Shown: one piece after another, positions 9,087-18,912 of the stretch
Layout: each line of letters opens with the position of its first letter
How positions within the stretch are numbered: the first letter of the stretch is position 1
NCBI GenBank assembly: GCA_028281005.1
Contig: JANQKS010000026.1
Span: 5,300 to 69,299, forward strand
Direction: 5' to 3'
DNA length: 64,000 nt
Origin: Pseudomonadales bacterium
Lineage (GTDB): Bacteria > Pseudomonadota > Gammaproteobacteria > Pseudomonadales > Azotimanducaceae
Notes under the pieces: generated by a model
Seen by the model: the letters and a program-made list of their open reading frames with translations, nothing else
Database searches by the model: none
Told to the model about the DNA's origin: nothing
Program-made: the position numbers and the translations under genes

Positions 9087-11431
9087 TTGGCTTGGCCTTG
9101 TGGCGGTTTCTGCGCCGCACGCCTTGGTCGACGCTGATGGCATTACTTGGCGTGGCGCTAGGTGTGACCTCGATTGTTAGCGTACACCTCATCAGTGCCA
9201 GGGTCGCGCAACAGTTGGACAGTTTGATTCCTACTGAGTTGGCGGGTTATAGCCACTTCCTGCACCGCGATGACCTCACCGCTTCGGGTTACTTTCAGCT
9301 GCGACAACAGTGGCGACAAGCTGGGCGCAACCTGGAAGAGGGCATTACCGCGATGGCCCCACTGATTGATGAAACCGCGCTGGTGCACGGTCAACTGGTG
9401 CGCGTGATTGGCATCGATATGTTTTCCCCCGGTAGTGTTAATCGCTTGCAGCGCAGCAGCGTCGCCGAAGAAACCGAGTTTTCTTGGCAGGGGGTGTGGG
9501 TGGATCGCGGCGTAGCTGATACGTCGGGGTTTGTCGTCAACGGTGTGCTCGATGGTGAGGCCGGCGTTGTGCTGGCCGACATTGGCGTGGCCCAACGGCT
9601 GCTGGGTTGGGGGGATGAAGACATTTCCTACATCGGTGTGCAGGTGCGTGACCCTTGGGCAGGTTTAAAAAACATCGGTGAGCAGCTGCTGCCGGGCTTT
9701 GGTGCCGGGTTGCCGGCAGATGATTTTGCGGCCGAGGCGCTGCGCGCCTTTAGCGACGTGCCTTTCACCACACTAAGCTTGGCCCAACAGCACCCCGCCA
9801 GCCAATTTGGCAAATCGGTGTTGTTCAATATCAGCGCGCTTGGCCTGTTGGCCATGCTGGTTGCCTGGTTTCTGATGTATCAGGTGGCGGTGTCCTGGTT
9901 GCGCCGGCTGTGGCCGGTGTTCCATCGCCTGCTTGTGTTGGGCGTGGAGTGGCCTGTACTGCGCGTGTACTTTGTGAGTGCGATGTGTTTGCTTGGGCTG
10001 CTGGCTTGCGCAGTTGGACTGCAAGCGGGTGTCTGGCTCGCCCAAGGTTTGTTTAATGCTGTGCTGGACACGTCAGCCGCGCCTTTTGAGTTGTCCGCCT
10101 GGGTGGTAGGTAAGGCGTTCGCCTCAGCCTTAGGGGTATGTTTGTTAGGCGGCGCATGGGCGTTTCGTCAAGCTCGGCGGAGTGCCGCTGCGACCACGCG
10201 CTGGGGCGCCTCGGTGCTGCTGGTCGGGTGTGCTGTTGTGGGTGTGGTCTGGCCGCGGTCTGGTTTGCTTGGGGGTTTTGCCAGCATTGCCATTTTCAGT
10301 CTGCTGGCTGCCTTGTTCGCTGCACCCTTGCTGGGCTACTTGCGCGGCAAGGCGCGCTTTATCAGTGGCCCCTACCTGGCGCGTTTGTCGGTCCGAGAAG
10401 CGGTCTGGTATCCCCAGGATTTGGCGGTGGCGCTGGCTGGGTTGGTGTTGGCTGTGGCCACTGCCATTGGTGTTGGGCTGATGGTGGACAGTTTCCGAGA
10501 AGACTTCAGCCGCATGTTGGAGCGTCGTCTGAGCTATGACTTAGTGGTGCAGGGAGATGCTCAAGCGCTGACCCACGCTGCTGCGCAGTTACGCGCGGAC
10601 GCCAGCGTCACCCGCCTGCAGGTTTATCGTGAGAAGGATCTGCGTTTGCAGGGTGTACCGATGCAGATCATCAGCAGCCGTTATGATCAAGCAGAAACCG
10701 CACGCTACGGACTGTCGCGTGCCCTGGCTGCCGATGAAGTGTTGCTCAGCGAGCAAGGTGCGCGGGTGTTGGGTGTAGCAGGCGGAGATATGCTTAGCGT
10801 GGCAGGGCATGAGCTGCGCGTTGCCGCGATCTTTTCCAGCTTCGGCGATCTGCAGCCCAGGCTGCTGGTGCCGGACGGCCACATGCTGGCAACCGATATA
10901 CCGCGCATACGTTCGCTCAGCATCTACACCGATACACCGCGCCAATTGGCGGATGAACTGTTGCGCAGACATACGGGTCTCAACGTGGAACTACAAGGTG
11001 AACTGCGCGCCACCGCCTTGGCGACATTTGACCAGACCTTTGTGATTACCACGGTGCTGATCTTCATAGCGATGTTGGTGGCCGCCATCGGCGTGTACGT
11101 GGCGGTGACCACCCTGCGACTCAATCGCCGCACCAGTGGTCAGCTGATGCAGGGTTTGGGCCTGAACCGCTTTGAGGACATCGGTATGGACTTTGCGCTG
11201 GGTGTGGGGGTGGGTTTGGTGGCCATGATCTTAGCGGTACCGCTAGGCACGGTGTTCGGGTGGATTTTATGCACGGTCATCAATCCACGCGCGTTCGGCT
11301 GGACGGTTGAGTTGCAGCTGAATTGGCAAACTTACGCCACCCCGCTAATTTGGGGTTTGGTGGCGGCGGTCAGCGCGGGCCTGATCAGGGTCGGCCGCCA
11401 AGAAAGTGGGGGGTTGCGCAGTGTGGCGTAG
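9083..11431 (+). CDS. ABC transporter permease, FtsX-like with duplicated 4-TM modules
   Basis: 782-aa polytopic protein directly coupled (4-bp overlap) to the ATPase. Two hydrophobic FtsX-type blocks separated by a large soluble domain. Confidence 0.85.
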   Translation: MIGLALWRFLRRTPWSTLMALLGVALGVTSIVSVHLISARVAQQLDSLIPTELAGYSHFLHRDDLTASGYFQLRQQWRQAGRNLEEGITAMAPLIDETALVHGQLVRVIGIDMFSPGSVNRLQRSSVAEETEFSWQGVWVDRGVADTSGFVVNGVLDGEAGVVLADIGVAQRLLGWGDEDISYIGVQVRDPWAGLKNIGEQLLPGFGAGLPADDFAAEALRAFSDVPFTTLSLAQQHPASQFGKSVLFNISALGLLAMLVAWFLMYQVAVSWLRRLWPVFHRLLVLGVEWPVLRVYFVSAMCLLGLLACAVGLQAGVWLAQGLFNAVLDTSAAPFELSAWVVGKAFASALGVCLLGGAWAFRQARRSAAATTRWGASVLLVGCAVVGVVWPRSGLLGGFASIAIFSLLAALFAAPLLGYLRGKARFISGPYLARLSVREAVWYPQDLAVALAGLVLAVATAIGVGLMVDSFREDFSRMLERRLSYDLVVQGDAQALTHAAAQLRADASVTRLQVYREKDLRLQGVPMQIISSRYDQAETARYGLSRALAADEVLLSEQGARVLGVAGGDMLSVAGHELRVAAIFSSFGDLQPRLLVPDGHMLATDIPRIRSLSIYTDTPRQLADELLRRHTGLNVELQGELRATALATFDQTFVITTVLIFIAMLVAAIGVYVAVTTLRLNRRTSGQLMQGLGLNRFEDIGMDFALGVGVGLVAMILAVPLGTVFGWILCTVINPRAFGWTVELQLNWQTYATPLIWGLVAAVSAGLIRVGRQESGGLRSVA

Positions 11432-12638
11432 GACCGTGGCTTGGTTGCTGTTGCCAGCGACGTTGCTGACTGGCTGCAGTGGCCCGCAAGACGTGCCTAC
11501 CGAGGAGACCGTAGCGGGTTTGCGCGTCAACACCGTGTTGGGGGAAGTGGCAGACACAGGCTACTTACGCGCCACCTCCCCTCGCCAATTTGAGTTTCCC
11601 GCGGACCATGGGGCGCACCCGGGCTACCGGACTGAGTGGTGGTACCTGACCGCCACCATGGCGGATGCGCAAGGTCATGAATACGGGCTGCAGTTTACGC
11701 TGTTTCGGCAAGCCTTAACGCCGGCGCCTTTCGGGCCTGGTCCGTGGCAAACGGGCGAGGCTTACCTCGGCCACCTGGCGGTGACGGATGTAACCGCACA
11801 GCGGCATTTTGAAGCGGAGCGTTTGGTGCGCGGACATCCGCAACTGGCGGGTGTGGGGGTTAGCGAAGGGTTGTCCGTGCATATCGATGATTGGACGCTT
11901 GAGCAAAAAACCGCTGCCGATTGGACCGTGGGACTACGCGCACGCCACCCGGGGGATGCACATACCGCGGCCTTTGGTGTGGATGTAGAAGTCATCCAGC
12001 AACAAGCCATTGTGTTGCAGGGTCAACGCGGTTTGTCATTAAAAAGCGCCGACGGCGGCAGCTACTACTACTCCATGCCGCGCTTGGCGCTGCAAGGCAG
12101 CCTGCAATTTTCCGACCGCGAGGTGCCTGTGTCGGGCCTGGCTTGGCTTGATCGTGAATGGAGTACATCGGTGTTGCCCGACGCGGTGGCTGGATGGGAT
12201 TGGTTCGCCTTGCAACTGCACGACGGGCGCAGTGTCATGGCGTTTCGATTGCGGCGCCATGACGGCCGCCGCGATGCTTATGATCACGGTGTGATGGTGA
12301 GCGCCGCTGCGCGCAGGCGAGGTGTGATTGGTGCTGGGGACCCCGGCGTGCGTGTCTTGACCCGCGATGATTACGAACTGCAACCGCAAGCGTTTTGGCG
12401 CGACGAACGCGGCATTGATTGGCCCGTGGGTTGGACACTACGGATATTTGGTGATGGCGCACAGTCAGCTGCGGAGACGCTGCACATTCGGGCTTTGGTG
12501 AACAATCAAGTGATGGACACGGCCATTTTGTATTGGGAAGGCATCATCGGCGTGGCCGACGACCAGGGTAACGATCTGGGTCGCGGCTATATGGAATTAA
12601 CCGGCTACGAAGCAACCTCGAGGAGGCAGGGTGACTGA
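11406..12638 (+). CDS. AttH/CrtC-like lipocalin-domain lipoprotein
   Basis: Lipobox LLTGCSG. FEFPADHGAHPGYRTEWWYLTA is the hallmark N-terminal motif of the AttH / hydroxyneurosporene-synthase-like family. Start is GTG 11406 or GTG 11421. Confidence 0.75.
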   Translation: MGGCAVWRRTVAWLLLPATLLTGCSGPQDVPTEETVAGLRVNTVLGEVADTGYLRATSPRQFEFPADHGAHPGYRTEWWYLTATMADAQGHEYGLQFTLFRQALTPAPFGPGPWQTGEAYLGHLAVTDVTAQRHFEAERLVRGHPQLAGVGVSEGLSVHIDDWTLEQKTAADWTVGLRARHPGDAHTAAFGVDVEVIQQQAIVLQGQRGLSLKSADGGSYYYSMPRLALQGSLQFSDREVPVSGLAWLDREWSTSVLPDAVAGWDWFALQLHDGRSVMAFRLRRHDGRRDAYDHGVMVSAAARRRGVIGAGDPGVRVLTRDDYELQPQAFWRDERGIDWPVGWTLRIFGDGAQSAAETLHIRALVNNQVMDTAILYWEGIIGVADDQGNDLGRGYMELTGYEATSRRQGD

Positions 12639-13224
12639 TAAGGGCTCGGAATTGGATTGGGAGTTATTGGACACGGTTTATGAGCCGGATGCTGGCTTAA
12701 TCCTCTTCGAAAAGCGCATCGATCACATGCGTAATCCGCGTAACCAGCAAGTGTTTGAGCGCTTGGTGCTGGAGTCTGTGGATTGGGTAAACATGGTGGC
12801 CATTGATCAGCAGGGGTGTTGCGTGATGATCCGCCAGTACCGGTTTGGTGTTGGATACACCACCTTGGAAACGCCGGGCGGCATGGTGGATCCCGGCGAA
12901 GATTCTAAGCAAGCGGCCATGCGTGAGTTGTTGGAAGAGACGGGCTATGCCTCAGACAAGTGGACCTACCTCGGTGCGGTCGAACCGAACCCGGCGTTTC
13001 ACAATCACTTGTGCCACCATTGGCTGGCGCAGCAAGCCTATCTGGCGCAGCCGCAACGTTTAGGTGAGGGTGAAATGATCGAAGTGGAACTGATGGATGA
13101 AATTCAAGTGCGCGCCGCGGTAAGCAGCGGGGAACTGAAACACGCCTTGGCGTTGTCAGCGTTGTCGAGGGTTTACCAGCTTTGGCCCTTGCCATTCCAG
13201 CACGATGATCGCGCTTTGTCTTAG
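12631..13224 (+). CDS. NUDIX hydrolase (ADP-ribose pyrophosphatase-like)
   Basis: Nudix box GGMVDPGEDSKQAAMRELLEETGY. The GTG start overlaps the upstream stop. Confidence 0.8.
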   Translation: MTDKGSELDWELLDTVYEPDAGLILFEKRIDHMRNPRNQQVFERLVLESVDWVNMVAIDQQGCCVMIRQYRFGVGYTTLETPGGMVDPGEDSKQAAMRELLEETGYASDKWTYLGAVEPNPAFHNHLCHHWLAQQAYLAQPQRLGEGEMIEVELMDEIQVRAAVSSGELKHALALSALSRVYQLWPLPFQHDDRALS

Positions 13225-14087
13225 TCGCTTGAATTGAGTTGCCAATCGTATTCGTAGCGGATACGACCACCGTAACTCCGCACGCGCTCGCCTGCATCGT
13301 GGTGCTGACTCAGGTAGGTGAGTAACGCCTGGCGGTCGTCGCCAAAGTCGTCGCGGTACCAGTCAAAAATACTCGACAGTTGCAGCCGCCCGTTGGCAGT
13401 AAAACGCAAGCCCCGCGGGTGGGACAAATATTGCACCTCGGCCTCGGTTAACTGGCGTTCTAAATCGGCGCCGGAGAATACCGTTTGGCTCAAGTTTGGG
13501 CAGCCGATACTGGCACAATTCACCGCGTAGTGAATGCGATGATCGCGCCAGATGGGTCGCAAGATACGGTGCTCTATGTCGTTGAGCGTAAGCCCAGTAC
13601 CTGCCACGGTAAATACTTCATCATCCCAAGGGCCAAAAGAGAACAAGCCTTTGCCCATCTGCTTGATTGACGCTTTGCCGGGGTGACGCAGCACCACATC
13701 AACCGTAAGCGCGTTGTACAGGTTGATCCAATAGGCCATGGCTTCGTCTTTGTTCAAAGTGCGTGGGTCGATGGCTGCCATGGCGGTCAAGTATTGTCGC
13801 AGTCCTGGCCAATCCGTTGCTCGGGCTTGTTGGTAGGACACTCGGGTGATGCCGTCCGCACCCAGCACCACAAACTCATCGAGAAATTGCTGCCAGGCAG
13901 TGTGATCTACTGCGCTGGTGTTTTGTGGGTCAAATTTTTGCCACAGCAGCCAGGGCTGCTCTGCTGCCCTGGCCAGCGGGCTGACAACTGCCAAGGTCAA
14001 GAGAACGGCAACCTGTACGGCATGCCGCGCAGCTTGAGGTAGGTGAAATATTTGGGGTGTCAGGTGCCCAACCGAGACGTATGTCAA
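13221..14087 (-). CDS. DUF547 domain-containing secreted protein
   Basis: Signal-like N-terminus. YWINLYNALTV and HYAVNCASIGCPNL are typical DUF547 motifs. Its stop overlaps the convergent NUDIX stop (TTAG). Confidence 0.75.
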   Translation of the reverse strand: MTYVSVGHLTPQIFHLPQAARHAVQVAVLLTLAVVSPLARAAEQPWLLWQKFDPQNTSAVDHTAWQQFLDEFVVLGADGITRVSYQQARATDWPGLRQYLTAMAAIDPRTLNKDEAMAYWINLYNALTVDVVLRHPGKASIKQMGKGLFSFGPWDDEVFTVAGTGLTLNDIEHRILRPIWRDHRIHYAVNCASIGCPNLSQTVFSGADLERQLTEAEVQYLSHPRGLRFTANGRLQLSSIFDWYRDDFGDDRQALLTYLSQHHDAGERVRSYGGRIRYEYDWQLNSSD

Positions 14088-14188
14088 AAAAACAGTCCTT
14101 TACCTGCCGCTGCAATCTTGTTCAAATTAGTGCTTTAGACCGTCCTTGGCCTGACTCGTTTCAAGCATCTTCACATGTTGAATCCCGC

Positions 14189-16420
14189 ATGAGTGAACAT
14201 GACACGTCCAGCCCTCGCGAATCCTACGCGAAGCTGGTAAATCGGCCGAAGCCGGAATTTCAGCAGGCCAAGATCCTCTTGGTGGACGATAAGCAGGAGT
14301 TGCTCACCTCCCTGCACCATCTCATCACGATGTACGGGTATGAAGCCGAGCAAGCGCTCGGCGGTGAAGCCGCCATGCAAGCCTTACAAGGTAATGCGTA
14401 CGATGTGGTGCTGCTGGATTTGATTATGCCGGGCATCAGTGGCCACGACATTCTCGACTATGCAGCGCGGGAAAAACTGAAGTGTAAGATCATTGTCGTA
14501 AGCGGTGATTCCAGCTTCAGCGGTGTAAAGCATGCGTTACATTGCGGGGCGTTCGATTTTGTTAAGAAACCCTACGAAGCGGCGGAATTAATCGCCACCA
14601 TGGAGACCGCGCTGCGTCAGGTGCGCCTGGAACAGCAGCACGATGAGCTTGAACATCAGCTGAAAGAATCGGAGCAGTTACACCGCTTTATCGTCAACAG
14701 TTCCCCGGATCTGGTGTACATGTTGGATCGCAACGGCTGCTTCAACTTTGTGAATGACCGTGTGGTCAGCATGTTGGGTTACAGCAAAGATGACTTGATC
14801 GGTAAACACTACTCCGAATTGGTCGACGAAGACGACTTGCAAGCCGCCCACAATCTGTTTAACGAGCGTCGCACCGGCGGCCGCGCGGTTAAAAATGTTG
14901 AATTGCGTTTAAGAAGCAAATTACAAGATCGCCGTGCGGGGCTGATGCGCAGCCAGTCGGTATGGACCGAACTCACCGCCATGGGTATCTATGCGGACAA
15001 CAAGGAGCGCAACCGGGACAACTTTATTGGCACCTACGGCACTGCGCGGGATATCAGCGAACGCAAACAGGCTCAGGAAGTCATTAATTTTCAGGCTTAC
15101 CATGACCTGTTGACCCATCTGCCTAACCGCGCCCTGTTAAAAGACCGGCTTAATCTCGCCATTACCCATGCGCGGCGCAACAAGCGCAAGCTTGCCGCCA
15201 TGTTTTTGGACTTGGACCGTTTCAAACTGGTGAACGACACCCTTGGCCACAGCATGGGTGACCGCTTGCTGAAAGCCGTGGCCAACCGCCTGCAGAGTTG
15301 TTTGCGTAGCGGCGATACGTTATCGCGCTTCGGGGGTGATGAGTTTACTCTGCTGTTGCCGGAAGTCCGTACCCGCGACGACGTGGTGGTGATTGCCGAG
15401 AAAATCCTCAACCGCTTAAGTGAACCCTTTGTCATCGATGGGCACGAATTGTTTGTCGGCGCCAGCATCGGCATCGCCATGTATCCGGAAGCCGGCGACA
15501 GCGGTGAAGCGTTGATTCAAAACGCCGATATCGCCATGTATCACGTCAAGGGCCGCGGTAAAAACGGCTACCAGTTCTTCTCTGAGGAAATGAACCATCA
15601 GTTCTCCACCCGTCTGAGTATGGAGCGGGAGTTGCGCAATGGTCTCATCCAGGGTGAGTTTGAAGTCCACTATCAACCCCAAGTGTCCCTGCAAAGTGGC
15701 GCCATTACCGGTGTGGAAGCGCTGGTGCGGTGGCGGCATGGTGTGCGGGGCATGATTGAACCGCGTGAATTTTTACCGCTGGCGGAAGAGACCGGGCTCA
15801 TCATGCAGATTGATGAGTTTGTGCAGCGCCAGGCGTTTCACGACGTTGCCGCATGGCAGCGGGCGGGTCTGGGTGAGATTAGTGTGTCGGTCAATCTGAC
15901 TGCGCTACAAATGGAGCAGGAGGGTTTTGTCGAGCGGTTTGTGTCCTCGCTGCAGGCCTCCGGCTTACCGCCCGAGTGTGTAAAACTGGAGATCACCGAA
16001 AACACCTTGATGCAGGACATGGAAGTGATTGTGCCGAAGCTTAAGGCCATCCGTGAATTGGGTGTGCGCATCGCGGTAGACGACTTCGGCACCGGCTACT
16101 CCTCGCTGTCTTATTTGCATCAGTTCCCCATCAATACGTTGAAAATTGATCGCAGTTTTGTCGGCGATATTCGCGCGGAACAAGGGGATGCCAGCATTAT
16201 TGATGCCATCGTCGCCATGGCTCGCGGCCTGCACCTAGACCTCATCGCGGAAGGCGTGGAGAACCGCACCCAGCTGAAATATCTGCAACAGCAAGGCTGC
16301 GAAGAAGTACAAGGTTTCATCTTTTCACCCGCCGTTCCAGCTACGGACCTGGTGGCATTGTTGAAAGACAACGCCTTTGCCCAGGTCATACAAGAACAAA
16401 CCGCCGCGGTAACCGCCTAA
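14189..16420 (+). CDS. Response regulator receiver-PAS-GGDEF-EAL protein (c-di-GMP turnover)
   Basis: ILLVDD...VLLDLIMPG (receiver domain), PAS region, RFGGDEF (GGDEF), VEALVRW and EITE..DDFGTGYSSL (EAL domain). Start re-picked at ATG 14189 (MSEHDTSS...). Confidence 0.9.
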   Translation: MSEHDTSSPRESYAKLVNRPKPEFQQAKILLVDDKQELLTSLHHLITMYGYEAEQALGGEAAMQALQGNAYDVVLLDLIMPGISGHDILDYAAREKLKCKIIVVSGDSSFSGVKHALHCGAFDFVKKPYEAAELIATMETALRQVRLEQQHDELEHQLKESEQLHRFIVNSSPDLVYMLDRNGCFNFVNDRVVSMLGYSKDDLIGKHYSELVDEDDLQAAHNLFNERRTGGRAVKNVELRLRSKLQDRRAGLMRSQSVWTELTAMGIYADNKERNRDNFIGTYGTARDISERKQAQEVINFQAYHDLLTHLPNRALLKDRLNLAITHARRNKRKLAAMFLDLDRFKLVNDTLGHSMGDRLLKAVANRLQSCLRSGDTLSRFGGDEFTLLLPEVRTRDDVVVIAEKILNRLSEPFVIDGHELFVGASIGIAMYPEAGDSGEALIQNADIAMYHVKGRGKNGYQFFSEEMNHQFSTRLSMERELRNGLIQGEFEVHYQPQVSLQSGAITGVEALVRWRHGVRGMIEPREFLPLAEETGLIMQIDEFVQRQAFHDVAAWQRAGLGEISVSVNLTALQMEQEGFVERFVSSLQASGLPPECVKLEITENTLMQDMEVIVPKLKAIRELGVRIAVDDFGTGYSSLSYLHQFPINTLKIDRSFVGDIRAEQGDASIIDAIVAMARGLHLDLIAEGVENRTQLKYLQQQGCEEVQGFIFSPAVPATDLVALLKDNAFAQVIQEQTAAVTA

Positions 16421-16463
16421 TACTCACCACTCAACGTGTTTTGGTACAGGTTTTATCTTGTTC

Positions 16464-16490
16464 AGAAAAGTCCGTCCTGGACTTTTCTTT
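16464..16490 (+). terminator. Rho-independent-type terminator hairpin after the GGDEF-EAL gene
   Basis: AGAAAAGTCC-gtcct-GGACTTTTCT 10-bp stem followed by a T-rich stretch, about 45 nt after the stop. Confidence 0.6.
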
Positions 16491-16554
16491 CCACGGATTG
16501 CTACGCAATCCTCCCGAAAACCTGCGGTTTTCGCGTCGGGCGTCCATGCCCTCC

Positions 16555-16597
16555 ATAATCCCGTACCAAAACACTGTGTGTTTAGGTACGGGATTAT
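16555..16597. promoter_or_regulatory. 20-bp-arm inverted repeat (19/20 paired, 3-nt loop) upstream of metY; function unknown
   Basis: ATAATCCCGTACCAAAACAC-tgt-GTGTTTAGGTACGGGATTAT read directly. A third copy of the arm (GTGTTTTGGTACAGG) lies at 16436-16450. Confidence 0.5.
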
Positions 16598-16690
16598 ATA
16601 GCGTATAGTGCGCGGTCCTTTTAGCAGGGTCCAGCAGCGTGTAGCAGGGTGGCGATGCCAGCCCACCAGCTTTTGCCACCGAGCATAGGT

Positions 16691-17914
16691 ATGAAAGGGT
16701 TTACCACTAAAATTGTCCACAACGACCGCGCCCGCACCATTGAACACGGGGCTGTCCACAAACCGGTGCACACCTCAGTCGCTTTCGGCTACGACAAAGC
16801 GGAAGATTTAGCCCAGGTATTCCAAGGCAACCAGGCAGGTTATACCTACGGCCGTCAGGTAAACCCGACGGTGGATGCGCTGGAAGACAAGATCTCCCAG
16901 ATGGAGAGCGGGCTGAAAACGGTTTGCTTTGGCACCGGTATGGCTGCCATCGGTACCGCCATATTTGCCTTGCTGCGACCGGGTGATCACGTCGTCTCCA
17001 GCGCGTTTCTGTTTGGCAACACCAACAGCCTGTTCAACACGTTCACCACCCAGGGTATAGAGGTGACTTTTGTGGACGCCACCTCGGTGGGAGCGGTGGA
17101 AGCGGCGCTGACGGAGCAGACCAAATTGGTGTTTGTGGAGACCATCGCCAATCCGCGTACCCAAGTCACTGCGCTGACGGAATTGGGTCAATTGTGTGAG
17201 GAGCGCGGCTTAATATATGTGGTGGACAACACCATGACTTCACCGTACTTGTTTCAACCCACCGAGGTGAAGGCCAGCCTGGTCGTCAATAGCCTCACCA
17301 AATACATCGCCGGCCACGGTAATGCGCTGGGCGGCGCCATCACAGAGATGGGACATTTTGACTGGTCGGCGTTCCCATACATTTACGACACGTATAAAAA
17401 GGGAGATCCGCAGTCCTGGGGGATCACCCAAATTCGCAAGAAAGGCCTGCGCGACTTTGGCGCGGCGTTGGCGCCGGAAGCGGCGCATCACATTGCGGTT
17501 GGCGCAGAAACGCTGGCTTTGCGCATGGAACGTCAGTGCGGCAACGCCCAAGCTCTGGCCGAATACTTAGACGCCCACCCGCAAGTGAGCAAAGTGTTCT
17601 ATCCAGGGTTACCCGAGCATCCGCAACACGATCGCGCTCGAGCGCTGTTTCGCCATCCAGGCGCCATCTTCAGCTTTGAACTGCACGAAGACGTTGATCT
17701 GTGGGGGTACCTCAACCGCTTTAAGTTCATCATCAACTCCACCAACCTTGGCGACAATCGCACCTTGGCGATACCGGTGGCTCACACCATCTACTACGAA
17801 ATGGGTCCGGAACGTCGCGCCAGCATGGGGATCGATGAATCTCTCGTTAGAATATCCGTGGGTATTGAAGACGTGGATGATCTCATCGAAGATTTTTCAC
17901 AAGCGTTTGCATAG
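16691..17914 (+). CDS. metY: O-acetylhomoserine sulfhydrylase-type PLP enzyme (MetY-like)
   Basis: Cys/Met-metabolism PLP family: NSLTKYIAGHGNALGG (PLP lysine) and the MetY-type insertion GHFDWSAFPYIYD. Start re-picked at ATG 16691 (MKGFTTKIVH). MetZ cannot be excluded without a search. Confidence 0.8.
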   Translation: MKGFTTKIVHNDRARTIEHGAVHKPVHTSVAFGYDKAEDLAQVFQGNQAGYTYGRQVNPTVDALEDKISQMESGLKTVCFGTGMAAIGTAIFALLRPGDHVVSSAFLFGNTNSLFNTFTTQGIEVTFVDATSVGAVEAALTEQTKLVFVETIANPRTQVTALTELGQLCEERGLIYVVDNTMTSPYLFQPTEVKASLVVNSLTKYIAGHGNALGGAITEMGHFDWSAFPYIYDTYKKGDPQSWGITQIRKKGLRDFGAALAPEAAHHIAVGAETLALRMERQCGNAQALAEYLDAHPQVSKVFYPGLPEHPQHDRARALFRHPGAIFSFELHEDVDLWGYLNRFKFIINSTNLGDNRTLAIPVAHTIYYEMGPERRASMGIDESLVRISVGIEDVDDLIEDFSQAFA

Positions 17915-17977
17915 GGCAGATGTAATAACGGCACGAAGACTTAGCGGCGCAGAGCCGCGCACAAACAGGGGGAATTT

Positions 17978-18742
17978 ATGGGCAGATTAGACGGCAAAGT
18001 AGCAGTAATCACCGGCGGTGCCGGTGGCATTGGCAAAGCCGCAGGCAAACGATTTGTGGAAGAAGGGGCGGATGTCCTATTGGTGGATTTAGACGAACAA
18101 GCCTTGGCGGACGCCTGCGCCGAGATTGGCAGCAACCGCGTGAGCTATTTTGTTGCGGATGTGACCAAGGCTGACGATAACCACGCCATGGTGCAGTGCG
18201 CGACCGAACGCTACGGCGGTGTAGACGCATTTCTGGCCAACGCCGGCATCGAAGGCGACGTTGCCTCCATTTTGGAATACGACGAAGCCCGCTTCGACCA
18301 AGTCATGGCGGTTAACGTCAAAGGCCCGTTCCTCGGCCTCAAAGCCGCCGTGCCCGCCCTCGCTGCCCGCGGCGGCGGCAGTGTTGTCATCACCTCCAGT
18401 GTGGCCGGCATACGCGGCGCACCGGGTGTCACCCCCTATGTCACCAGCAAACACGCCGTCATCGGTATGATGAAATCAGCCGCACTGGAATTTGCCGAGC
18501 AGAACATCCGCGTGAACACAGTAAACCCGTCACCGGTCGAGACCCGCATGATGCGCAGCCTGGAAGAAGGTATGGCCCCCGGCGCCGCCGCAGAAGCCAA
18601 AGCCCGCATGGAAGCCAACATCCCCTTAGGCCGCTATGCAGAACCGGAAGACATCGCCAACATCATGCTGTTCCTGGTCAGCGACGACGCCAAGTTCGTC
18701 AGCGGCTCCGTCTACCTAGCCGACGGCGGCAGTATGGCGTAA
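17978..18742 (+). CDS. SDR-family oxidoreductase
   Basis: GKVAVITGGAGGIGKA (TGxxxGxG), NAG, and the YVTSKHAV (YxxxK) catalytic motif. Confidence 0.85.
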   Translation: MGRLDGKVAVITGGAGGIGKAAGKRFVEEGADVLLVDLDEQALADACAEIGSNRVSYFVADVTKADDNHAMVQCATERYGGVDAFLANAGIEGDVASILEYDEARFDQVMAVNVKGPFLGLKAAVPALAARGGGSVVITSSVAGIRGAPGVTPYVTSKHAVIGMMKSAALEFAEQNIRVNTVNPSPVETRMMRSLEEGMAPGAAAEAKARMEANIPLGRYAEPEDIANIMLFLVSDDAKFVSGSVYLADGGSMA

Positions 18743-18815
18743 CGGCTGTCTAATGCCGTACGACGGATCTGCCGAGTGACTGCGAACTTGGAATCTTGGG
18801 ACACGAGAGGCATGG

Positions 18816-18912
18816 GGTGGGCAGTGGCTAGTCAGGAGGCTCTGCGACAGGAAGTCGCAGCGCCAGCCCCCATGGATGGGTTTACGGCGGTCCTGATTAG
18901 CCACTGCCCACC
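18816..18912 (+). other. Highly structured element (22-bp closing stem plus two internal hairpins); candidate ncRNA/leader or DNA inverted repeat
   Basis: GGTGGGCAGTGGCTAGTCAGGA (18816-18837) pairs with TCCTGATTAGCCACTGCCCACC (18891-18912). The only non-Watson-Crick position is G:T, which would be G:U on the plus strand. Inner hairpins are CTGCGAC-aggaa-GTCGCAG and CCCAT-gg-ATGGG. Confidence 0.3.

Noticed and set aside
16421-16690. SAM riboswitch upstream of metY
   Set aside because: No recognisable SAM-I, SAM-II/V or SAM-SAH consensus could be matched by eye. Only generic hairpins and repeats are present. A covariance-model scan is needed.
16424-16771. Minus-strand ORFs 16424-16771 and 16431-16679
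   Set aside because: They span the terminator and hairpin-rich intergenic region and the metY start. They have no SD, an odd composition and no motif.
18816-18912. 4.5S/SRP RNA or tRNA-like gene upstream of purC
   Set aside because: GUCAGG and a GGAA-containing loop are reminiscent of SRP domain IV. However, the helix lengths and the conserved AGCAGC / GGAA-tetraloop context do not fit. The 22-bp closing stem is incompatible with a tRNA cloverleaf.
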